This document shows positions 56,530-64,000 of a DNA stretch of 64,000 bases, in pieces. The notes under the pieces were generated by a model. It was not told where the DNA came from. It saw only the letters and a list, made by a program, of their open reading frames with translations, and ran no database searches. Position numbers and translations under genes: made by a program. How positions within the stretch are numbered: position 1 is the first letter of the stretch; each line of letters starts with the position of its first letter. The stretch comes from Candidatus Omnitrophota bacterium (GTDB taxonomy: Bacteria > Omnitrophota > Gorgyraeia > Zapsychrales > Fredricksoniimonadaceae): contig CAIVRE010000033.1 of NCBI GenBank assembly GCA_903908245.1, positions 82,172 through 146,171 on the forward strand, read 5' to 3'.

Positions 56530-56918
56530 TGGCAAGACGTGGACCAAAAGAGCCGTCAAAGTGGAAGGTCAAGGCAATAGAGGCCATGGCCGACAAGCTT
56601 CTTGACTACACAGACAGCACTTCTATCCCACTTTTCTGTGGATTTTGCTACAGAAACGGCATAACAGAGTCGTATATATCCCTCTTTTGTGAGAGAAGCC
56701 CGAAATTCCGCCAAGCGGCAGAGAGAATGACCGCAAAGCAGAAGGAAATGTACGTGGTGGGCGGCCTGACAGAGAAGTTCAACCCAGGCATGACGCAGTT
56801 TATGCTCGTGAACAACCATGGCATGAAGAACAAGACCGAAACAGACCTGAACGCCAAGGTAAGTCACGAGTTGTTCATCAAGGACGCGATCAATAAATCA
56901 AAAGGGGTGCAGTCGTGA
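56529..56918 (+). CDS. putative terminase small subunit
   Basis: Position immediately before terS-coupled terL. 129-aa basic protein. Confidence 0.4.
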   Translation: MARRGPKEPSKWKVKAIEAMADKLLDYTDSTSIPLFCGFCYRNGITESYISLFCERSPKFRQAAERMTAKQKEMYVVGGLTEKFNPGMTQFMLVNNHGMKNKTETDLNAKVSHELFIKDAINKSKGVQS

Positions 56919-57190
56919 TCATTAAGATTCCAACCCTTGCTCGCATGAACCGGCTCGTTGTTGAGTTTATCTTCAACAAGAAGGCCATGCCTGACGCACA
57001 AAAGACCGAACTCTTGGAAGGAATAGACCAGTGGAGGCGCAGGAGATACGTACCGGCGGCCCAGGCCAAGGAGATCGATCTTGTCATCGCGGCGATCGCA
57101 GATGACAGCAAGGGCAGATTCAAGAAGATCAAAGAGGAATTGAAAAGGCACAAGCTCGATTACCGCAAGGTATTCAAGGACGGACTATGA
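56915..57190 (+). CDS. hypothetical phage protein
   Basis: 91 aa, overlaps neighbours. Confidence 0.3.
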   Translation: MIIKIPTLARMNRLVVEFIFNKKAMPDAQKTELLEGIDQWRRRRYVPAAQAKEIDLVIAAIADDSKGRFKKIKEELKRHKLDYRKVFKDGL

Positions 57191-58644
57191 ACGAGGCGCA
57201 GGTAATGGAACAGGATCTGGTAGAGGCGATGGGAAAGGCAAGGTCAAACCTTGTCAATTTTCGCCATATCACCCTGCAGTGCGGGGACCGGCAGGTCGCG
57301 CCCGCGCCGTTTCATTTCCAATGGTCAGAGATCCTCCTCAACGGGACCGGCCATGTTGCCATTGAAGGATTCCGCGAGAGCGCGAAGGACCAGATCATAA
57401 GCCGGGCATTCCCGCTTTACGCACTGACATTCCCCCAGGCCAAGACCTCTTATATCGTATTCATCCGGTCGAACGACACCCAGGCCACAAAGAACATCCG
57501 ATCCATCACGGACGAATACTTCCAGAACCCGATCTGCAAGGCCAGGCACAAAAAGACCCTCAAGCAATCCGAGAACAGCCTGTCCGTGATCGCAGAGGAC
57601 GACAACGGGAAAGATATCAACATCATCATTGAAGGTTACGGCAAGGGAGCATCGATCCGCGGACTGGCCACAAGGGACAGACGCCCGGACATCGTCATTT
57701 TGAACGACATCCAAGACCTCGAGGACGCCAAAAGCGACACGGTCATGGGTAAAGATTGGGACTGGTTCCTTTCAGACGTCAAGTTCCTCGGCAAATACAC
57801 CCGCATCTTTGCGATCGGGAACAACCTGGGCGACCGGTGCGTCATGGAACTCATCGACGAACACAAGGCAGACCTCGGGTTTGACTTCTTCCGCATCCCG
57901 ATCATGGAGGATGAACGCCCGACATGGCCAGCGAACTACACCATGGAGCAGATCATCACCGAGCGTGAGTCATACCGCCGCATGGGAAAGCTCGACATCT
58001 GGCTCCGTGAGCGCATGTGCATGTCCTCATCCGAGGAAACACGCACCTTCAAGAAAGAGATGAAGCGCACGTTCAACCTTTTAGCCTTTAAGAACATTCA
58101 GCCTTACTGCAACGGAGCGGCAACTCTGGACCCGGCAACGAGCAAAGACCCGGGATCCTGTTACCGCGCCATCACGGTCCGGTTCACGGACGAGGACAAC
58201 AACTGGTTCGTGGTTGACTGCAAGTTTGGCCGGTGGGACACCTTAGAACTGATCCAGAACATCTTCGACACCGTCAGCCAGTGGGGCATCCGCAAGTTTG
58301 GAATTGAAAAGGGCATGCTCAAGGACGTTTACCTGCCCCTGATCAACAAGAAGATGCGCGAGGACAACGTGTTCTTTGAGATCGTCCCGATCGAACACGC
58401 CAAGGAAGGAACCAAACTGGAACGCATCAAGGCATTACAGCCTCGGTGGACGGCTGGCCAGATCCTCCTGCCCGATGAGGCTCCGTGGGTGGCAGAGATG
58501 GAAAGCGAACTTTACGGCGTCACCAACAACGAGATTAAGAGCAAGTTTATTGATTGCGTGGACAGCCTGGCCATGCATACCCAGATAGACATCAGGCCAA
58601 TGGGACGCAAACAGGCGATGAACCTGCCTAGGGAGTCCGAATGA
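57187..58644 (+). CDS. terminase large subunit
   Basis: 485 aa. N-terminal ATPase-like region and a C-terminal nuclease region with acidic residues (…VILNDIQDLED…). Position before the portal gene. Confidence 0.55.
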   Translation: MNEAQVMEQDLVEAMGKARSNLVNFRHITLQCGDRQVAPAPFHFQWSEILLNGTGHVAIEGFRESAKDQIISRAFPLYALTFPQAKTSYIVFIRSNDTQATKNIRSITDEYFQNPICKARHKKTLKQSENSLSVIAEDDNGKDINIIIEGYGKGASIRGLATRDRRPDIVILNDIQDLEDAKSDTVMGKDWDWFLSDVKFLGKYTRIFAIGNNLGDRCVMELIDEHKADLGFDFFRIPIMEDERPTWPANYTMEQIITERESYRRMGKLDIWLRERMCMSSSEETRTFKKEMKRTFNLLAFKNIQPYCNGAATLDPATSKDPGSCYRAITVRFTDEDNNWFVVDCKFGRWDTLELIQNIFDTVSQWGIRKFGIEKGMLKDVYLPLINKKMREDNVFFEIVPIEHAKEGTKLERIKALQPRWTAGQILLPDEAPWVAEMESELYGVTNNEIKSKFIDCVDSLAMHTQIDIRPMGRKQAMNLPRESE

Positions 58645-59063
58645 TGCCACTCGCAGAAGAAGTCGCAGACTTCATCATTGAGAATTACCCCGAGTTAAGC
58701 TTCGCAGACCACGGCGGGCTTGTTGATTTCATTGAGAACACCAATCACCTCCACGTTGAGCGCAACGACGGGAAGATTGTCATGGTCGCCATTTACTTCA
58801 TGGTCAACGATGAGGCCCTGGTGAGGATCGCATCGGACAACAGGTACCAAGAGTGCCCGGCATTCCTCGTCGATTGCATGAACCAGAAGGGCGACAACGC
58901 ACACGTTTATATGGCGATCCACAAAGGGGATGTCGCCTCGATGGTACGGACCGTCAGGAGCGCGATCATATATCACAAACCAAAGACCCTGTCCTGGTAC
59001 AGCCCGGACATGGCGAGATTTCACATTAAAAACGTAAGGAGAAACGTATGCCTCCCGCAGTAG
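58641..59063 (+). CDS. hypothetical phage protein
   Basis: 140 aa. Confidence 0.3.
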   Translation: MMPLAEEVADFIIENYPELSFADHGGLVDFIENTNHLHVERNDGKIVMVAIYFMVNDEALVRIASDNRYQECPAFLVDCMNQKGDNAHVYMAIHKGDVASMVRTVRSAIIYHKPKTLSWYSPDMARFHIKNVRRNVCLPQ

Positions 59064-59347
59064 CCCTGGCCGTTATGGCCGTAGCCACAGTAGCCTCTGT
59101 CGCTGTTTCAGCCAAGACGGCATCAGATGCCAACAAGGCTAGGAAGTCAGCCTTGGCAGACGCAGATCAGAAGCAACAGGCCGCCGCCGCAGAGGCCGCC
59201 CAGATTGATGATACGGCCAACTTGGCCGCAAAGCAGAAGGCCGCCGCCAGAGCATCGGCGATCGCAGACAGCTCCACGATCCTGACAAGCCCAACAGGAG
59301 TACAGGGCGCGGCAACAACGAAGAAACAAACGCTTGGAGGCATGTAA
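59048..59347 (+). CDS. Ala/Gln-rich hypothetical protein
   Basis: 99 aa, low complexity. Confidence 0.3.
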   Translation: MPPAVALAVMAVATVASVAVSAKTASDANKARKSALADADQKQQAAAAEAAQIDDTANLAAKQKAAARASAIADSSTILTSPTGVQGAATTKKQTLGGM

Positions 59348-60969
59348 TGCCATTCATAGCCGAAGAAGTCATAGCCGACGCCAACGCGTCATTGACCAAA
59401 AGGCGTCAATGGGAAGGCCTGTGGAAAGAGAGTTTGTTTTATACACAGCCAAGGTTGAACATTCTACCCCAGAGCCAGGGTACCAAACTGCCGCCTGATC
59501 TTTATGACTCAACCGGGATATACTCGGCGAACATTGCATCGGCCGGGATCTGTGGATACCTCACGAACCCGTCAAGCAGGTGGTTCAATTACGAGATGAG
59601 CGACCCGCAGGACATGGAGGATAACGAGGTCAAGCAATACTGTGCCGATTGCGATAACGTCGTGTACGGCCTCTTGAGCAATTCCAATTTTTACCAGAAG
59701 ATCCAACAACTTGATCGAAACCTCGTGACGATCGGCGCACCGGTCTTTTATTGCGAGGAAGATCCCAATGATATCGTCCGATTCTTCACGATTGGGCACC
59801 TGGACTGTGCCATTGCAGAGGATGACACAGAGCGCGTGGACACCGTTTATCGCTGGAGAGAATACACCGCCCGCCAGGCATACAAGAAGTGGGGTAAGAA
59901 GGCAGGACCGAAAGCACTCGAACTCATTCAAGCCAAGAAGTACGAGGAGAAGATCGTATATCTCCACGCCGTCACTCCTCGCCACGTGCGCGATGTGGCC
60001 AAGACCGACAACAAGAACATGCCCTGGGCCTCGGTCTGGATATCCATCACCGATATAAAGATCATCGATGAGAAGGGATACCCGGAGTTCCCGTTCTTTG
60101 TCCCGCGTTGGGATAAGGCAGAAGGAAGTCCGTACGCATACTGCCCGGCATCACATGCCCTGGCTGACATGAAAACCCTGAATGATATGGACGGAACCAT
60201 CCTGCAGGCCGGGAAACTCGCAGTCAAGCCTCCGCTGGTTATTCCGCATGACGGATATGTCCTTCCGATCACCCAGAAGGCTGGCGGCCTCAATTATAAG
60301 CTGTCCGGTCCGAATGGGGACAAGATCGAAACCCTGTCAACGGGTGGTAACATTGGCATCGGACTTGACATGACCGAACAGCGCAGGCGTCGTGTTGAGC
60401 AAGCGTTCTTCGTTGACCTTTTCAGACAGTTTCAGAACGACCCGAACATGACCGCCACAGAGGTCAACATTAAGAACAACCAGAACATGCTCCTCTTGGG
60501 GCCGTCGATCGGAAATACGCTCACTGATTGCATATCTCCCTGTTTGTTCCGCGTTTACATGATCGCGGGACGTGCCGGTCTGTTGCCACAGATCCCGGAG
60601 AAGATCGCCAAAAAGACATTCACGATCAAGTACACCTCACAACTTGCCCGCGCCCAGAAGATGGCGCAGTTAAACGGTCTGACCAACACGATCAACAGCG
60701 TAACGGCCATCCTTCAACTGAACCCAGAAGCTGGGGACGTGATCGACTTTGACGAAGCCGTCCGAGAGATATCCGAGATCAACGGGAACAATCCGAAACT
60801 TACTAGGGACGACAAGGCCGTGGATAAGGTCAGGGCGGATCGTCAGCAACAGATCCAACAGCAACAGCAGATGCAGGCCATGCTACAGGCCGCCCAGATC
60901 GCCAAGACAGGGGCAGACGCAGGCGCATCGATTCATAAGACACAGCAACCCATAGGAGCGGGGAAATAA
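59347..60969 (+). CDS. putative portal protein
   Basis: 540 aa, position after terL, Q-rich C-terminus. Confidence 0.45.
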   Translation: MPFIAEEVIADANASLTKRRQWEGLWKESLFYTQPRLNILPQSQGTKLPPDLYDSTGIYSANIASAGICGYLTNPSSRWFNYEMSDPQDMEDNEVKQYCADCDNVVYGLLSNSNFYQKIQQLDRNLVTIGAPVFYCEEDPNDIVRFFTIGHLDCAIAEDDTERVDTVYRWREYTARQAYKKWGKKAGPKALELIQAKKYEEKIVYLHAVTPRHVRDVAKTDNKNMPWASVWISITDIKIIDEKGYPEFPFFVPRWDKAEGSPYAYCPASHALADMKTLNDMDGTILQAGKLAVKPPLVIPHDGYVLPITQKAGGLNYKLSGPNGDKIETLSTGGNIGIGLDMTEQRRRRVEQAFFVDLFRQFQNDPNMTATEVNIKNNQNMLLLGPSIGNTLTDCISPCLFRVYMIAGRAGLLPQIPEKIAKKTFTIKYTSQLARAQKMAQLNGLTNTINSVTAILQLNPEAGDVIDFDEAVREISEINGNNPKLTRDDKAVDKVRADRQQQIQQQQQMQAMLQAAQIAKTGADAGASIHKTQQPIGAGK

Positions 60970-61244
60970 TGCCAGACCTAACGGACGAACAGCAGAAAGA
61001 GCGCAACGAGCAGGAGTTCGCCAAGTACCGCGCCAAGGTTGAGGCATATAAAAGGCTTTTTGCAACGGATGACGGAAAGGTCGTGCTGGCCGATTTGAAG
61101 TACATGTATCACATGAACGGTACAACCATAACCCCAGGCGACGCATACGGGACGCATTATCACGAAGGTCAAAGGACAGTGGTCCTTGGCATACAGAACA
61201 AGATCGATATGGTCTTTAATCAACCGGACAACCTGACCCAATAG
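60969..61244 (+). CDS. hypothetical phage protein
   Basis: 91 aa. Confidence 0.3.
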   Translation: MPDLTDEQQKERNEQEFAKYRAKVEAYKRLFATDDGKVVLADLKYMYHMNGTTITPGDAYGTHYHEGQRTVVLGIQNKIDMVFNQPDNLTQ

Positions 61245-61270
61245 GAAAATCAGGCCCAAAGGAGGAACAA

Positions 61271-62209
61271 ATGAACGAGTTATTCAGGATCTACAGAAAC
61301 CCAGATGGTGGCGATGGAAACGGTGGCAATCCGCCTCCCGTACCGCCAACGCCCCCTGCTCCTCCAACACCACCGGCACCTCCGGTTCCGCCTGTTCCAC
61401 CGGCTCCGCCCGCACCTCCCGCGCCGCCTGCTGACTGGCGTGGAACCATTGATCCGGCAATTAAGGACCATCCGTCCTTGTCGAAGTTTAAGGATCCGGG
61501 CAACCTGGCCAAGTCTTACCTCGAACTTGAGAAGAAGATCGGCCTCAAGGGCGTGGCAATACCCGGAAAAGATGCCAAGGCAGAGGATTATGTCGCTGTC
61601 ATGGACCAGTTGGGACGCCCAAAAGAGGCAACAGGGTACACTTTACCGGACATCAAACTCCCGGAAGGTCTGCCCAAGAGCGAAGCCATGGAAGGCGCGT
61701 TCAAGGACATGTCCCACAAGATGGGCCTCCTGCCGTTCCAGGTGGAAGGTTTATACAAGTGGTACAGCGAGGCAACAGCCGCGGATTACACCAACCTGGT
61801 CAATGAACGCACAGAGGCCAGGACCAACGCAGAAACAGCCCTCCGTACAGCCTGGGGTAAGGCGTATGACGCAAACGCGGCACTGGCAGGCAAAGTATGG
61901 CAGGCGAACGCTGATGACGATTTTAAGGCTTTTATGGACGAAACAGGCCTGGGTAACGACCCGCGCTTCATGAAGTTCATGGTGACCATGTCAAAGAAGT
62001 TTGGCGAGGACACGCTCGGAGGGGGAGATGGGACCGGCACAAAGACGCCTGATGAAGCCATCAGAGAGATCAATCGCATTAAGACGGACAAGGCACACCC
62101 TCTTTATGCGCCGTATTTCGATAAGCAACACCCGGATAGCGAACACGCCCGGAAGATCATGGCTGATCTTTACGAGCAGGCCTATCCGAACCAACGCAAA
62201 GAGAGATAA
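61271..62209 (+). CDS. putative scaffolding protein with proline-rich (PPxPP) repeat N-terminus
   Basis: PPPVPPTPPAPPTPPAPPVPPVPPAPPAPPAPP followed by a helical, charged body. Sits between portal and capsid. Confidence 0.4.
   Translation: MNELFRIYRNPDGGDGNGGNPPPVPPTPPAPPTPPAPPVPPVPPAPPAPPAPPADWRGTIDPAIKDHPSLSKFKDPGNLAKSYLELEKKIGLKGVAIPGKDAKAEDYVAVMDQLGRPKEATGYTLPDIKLPEGLPKSEAMEGAFKDMSHKMGLLPFQVEGLYKWYSEATAADYTNLVNERTEARTNAETALRTAWGKAYDANAALAGKVWQANADDDFKAFMDETGLGNDPRFMKFMVTMSKKFGEDTLGGGDGTGTKTPDEAIREINRIKTDKAHPLYAPYFDKQHPDSEHARKIMADLYEQAYPNQRKER
61325..61432 (+). repeat. degenerate tandem repeat encoding a (P-P-x-P-P-A/T)n tract
   Basis: Directly visible ccgcc/ccacc-rich periodic sequence. 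Confidence 0.6.
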
Positions 62210-62355
62210 GCGAAAGCCCTCTTGATGCGTGTAGAACGATCACAGGGATAAACCCGAAAGGGTCCCCACCCGAACACCCGTAGTGAAGGCCCAGACTTTC
62301 TGGACAACCTTATAGGCAAAGTTAACGGCTCATAAGGTTAAACAGGAGGTCTCAA

Positions 62356-63216
62356 ATGGACATTACAACAGCAATGATTAAGCAGTTCGGGGGTAACCTT
62401 GAACTGCTCGTTCAGCAAAAAGGAAGCGTCATCGGCGATAAGGTCCGTCTCGAAACGGGCGTTGTTGGCGAAGATGCGTATTTCGATCAGTTGGCCCCGA
62501 CTGCCGCGGTGAGAAAGACCGTGCGCAATTCGGATACGCCCCTGGTCAAGAGCGATCATCGTCGTCGGCGCGTGTCGATGTACGACTACGAGTGGGCCGA
62601 CCTCATCGATAAAGAGGATAAGGCCAAGACGCTCGTCAACCCCGACAACGAATACGTCACCAACGCCGCGTTCGCTCTCGGTCGCTCCAAGGACGATGCG
62701 ATCATCGCCTCCGCTTTGGCGACTGCCGCAACGGGGAAAGACGGCTCCACAGCCGCCTCTTTCGACACAACGAACTTCCAGATCGTTCACGGGTCTGTGG
62801 GTTTGACCGTCGCCAAGATCCTCTCGGCGAAGAAAAAGCTGGACAAGGCACTGAACGACCCGTCAGAGGAGAGGTTCTTCCTTTGCGATGCCGCGCAGAT
62901 CGCCGATCTCCTGGCCATTAACCAGGTGACGTCTACGGATTACGCCAACATTAAAGCCCTCGTTGAGGGTCGTGTTGACACGTTCTCCGGATTCAAGTTC
63001 CAGATGATCAACCGTCTGCAACTGTCCTCGACAACCCGCTCGTGCTTGGCTTACACCAAGTCCTCGCTGTTGTTGGCGATCGGCATGGACATCAAGACGG
63101 AGATCGATCGGATCCCCGGCAAGAGTTACTCCACGCAGGTCTACGCGAGCATGGGCATCGGTTCGACCCGTATGCGCGAAGATGGCCTCGTTGAGGTGCA
63201 GTGTACGGAAAGCTGA
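62356..63216 (+). CDS. putative major capsid protein
   Basis: 286 aa, strong RBS (AGGAGG), position after the scaffold gene. Confidence 0.4.
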   Translation: MDITTAMIKQFGGNLELLVQQKGSVIGDKVRLETGVVGEDAYFDQLAPTAAVRKTVRNSDTPLVKSDHRRRRVSMYDYEWADLIDKEDKAKTLVNPDNEYVTNAAFALGRSKDDAIIASALATAATGKDGSTAASFDTTNFQIVHGSVGLTVAKILSAKKKLDKALNDPSEERFFLCDAAQIADLLAINQVTSTDYANIKALVEGRVDTFSGFKFQMINRLQLSSTTRSCLAYTKSSLLLAIGMDIKTEIDRIPGKSYSTQVYASMGIGSTRMREDGLVEVQCTES

Positions 63217-63274
63217 TCCCGAATAAGGATCAGGGTTAAATTTCTGTTTCTAACGCTTAAAAAAGGAGGCCCAA

Positions 63275-63703
63275 ATGGCCGCAGTTAATGGAGTCAATAA
63301 CACGAAGGCCGCAGATCCTAAAGCGGCGAACATCCTGAACCCTGGGGTTCTGGGTGGGAAGAAAAGAGTAATGGTTGATACCTACACGGCGTCCGCGCTT
63401 GCGTCTGGTTCGACCATCGCGGTAGGTAAGTCGCTCCCGGTGGGTGCGATTGTTACCGGGGTTAAACTCGGTTTCGCCGCACTCGGGGCTTCATCGACCT
63501 TGTCGGTCGGTGACGCTGGATCCGCAACACGTTACCTGGCGGCGGCTTCATCGGCCACAGCCGGGACGCGTCTGGGTCCCGACCTCGTCACTGGCCTCGG
63601 TTACGTTGTGACCGGGACAAGCGACACCGATATTCTCATCACGACCGGCGGCGCATCCATCACGGGTGCCGTTGCGATCGAGATCGAGTACGTGGTCGAG
63701 TAA
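63275..63703 (+). CDS. putative capsid decoration / minor structural protein (Gly/Ala/Thr-rich beta protein)
   Basis: AAGGAGG RBS. 142 aa. Confidence 0.3.
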   Translation: MAAVNGVNNTKAADPKAANILNPGVLGGKKRVMVDTYTASALASGSTIAVGKSLPVGAIVTGVKLGFAALGASSTLSVGDAGSATRYLAAASSATAGTRLGPDLVTGLGYVVTGTSDTDILITTGGASITGAVAIEIEYVVE

Positions 63704-63780
63704 GCAATACGGGGCGGTCGCTCATCCGAGCAGTCGGGCCGGAAAGCGAGGGCCGCCCCATTTTTTAACTGGAGGCACAC

Positions 63781-64000
63781 ATGGCAAGAGCAACCAAGAT
63801 CAGCATCATCAACCTGGCACTCACCGGGATAGGTGCGGACCGGATCAACGATATCGGAACGTCAGAAGATCCCGAACTTGCTCAAAAGGCCAATGCGGTC
63901 TGGGATTTTTGCCTGCAGAAGCTCCTGGTGGCTCACCGTTGGAAGTTTGCGACAAGACGTGCGTCCCTTGCCCTGTTATCTGAAACACCGGCTTTTGAGT
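63781..64000 (+). CDS. hypothetical phage protein, 3'-truncated by the window edge
   Basis: Open frame MARATKISIINLALTGIGADR… continues to the window end. Confidence 0.35.
   Translation, partial: MARATKISIINLALTGIGADRINDIGTSEDPELAQKANAVWDFCLQKLLVAHRWKFATRRASLALLSETPAFE

Larger units (their letters stand above)
44443..64000. mobile_element. prophage integrated next to tRNA-Pro (3' end lies beyond the window)
   Basis: Tyrosine integrase abutting the tRNA, CI-type repressor divergent from early genes, recombination, replication, methylase, terminase, portal and capsid genes in canonical order. Visibly lower GC than the upstream chromosome. Confidence 0.8.

Overview
The window is a high-GC bacterial chromosomal segment of about 44 kb carrying housekeeping genes, followed by a lower-GC prophage integrated at a tRNA-Pro(UGG) gene and running off the 3' edge (about 44.45 kb to beyond 64 kb). 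Coding is almost entirely on the + strand with short translationally coupled overlaps.

Chromosomal genes recognised include the following.
- Folate and purine metabolism: pabB-pabC, a PfkB-family kinase, purH, folC.
- Translation and tRNA modification: era, rpsU, mnmE, and a complete queD-queC-queE-queF preQ1 cluster.
- DNA repair and nucleotide housekeeping: nth, mutS-mutL, rph-rdgB.
- Cell envelope and regulation: an orphan minimal secretin, an AmiC-like amidase, murI, an AsmA-family giant protein, a peroxiredoxin, and an Lrp/AsnC regulator with a class I aminotransferase.

Four items stand out as candidates for undescribed biology.
1. A translationally coupled pair of a CsaA-like tRNA-binding protein with a fusion of a CxxCxxCC metal-chelating domain to a DUF2156 (MprF C-terminal-like, aminoacyl-tRNA-dependent transferase fold) domain.
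2. A soluble MgtE-N plus tandem-CBS protein immediately upstream of an Nramp homolog whose metal-site motifs (DAGG in TM1, APW in TM6) look Mg-transporter-like rather than Mn/Fe-like.
3. Two paralogous giant proteins (one truncated at the 5' window edge, one of 1075 aa) sharing an unrecognised N-terminal domain, the full-length copy also carrying a class I methyltransferase fold and arginase-like HxDxHxD / DxDxD motifs.
4. A roughly 110-nt rod-like imperfect palindrome in the rpsU-purH intergenic region.

The prophage has a tyrosine integrase, a CI/LexA-type repressor with direct-repeat operators and a sigma70-like rightward promoter, a RecT-like annealing protein with a PD-(D/E)XK exonuclease, a replisome-organiser gene with embedded iterons, two orphan DNA methyltransferases (one fused to ParB), VRR-NUC, HNH and YopX genes, and a terminase / portal / scaffold / capsid module.

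No CRISPR array, rRNA or transposase was seen. All functional calls rest on remembered family motifs, not on database searches.
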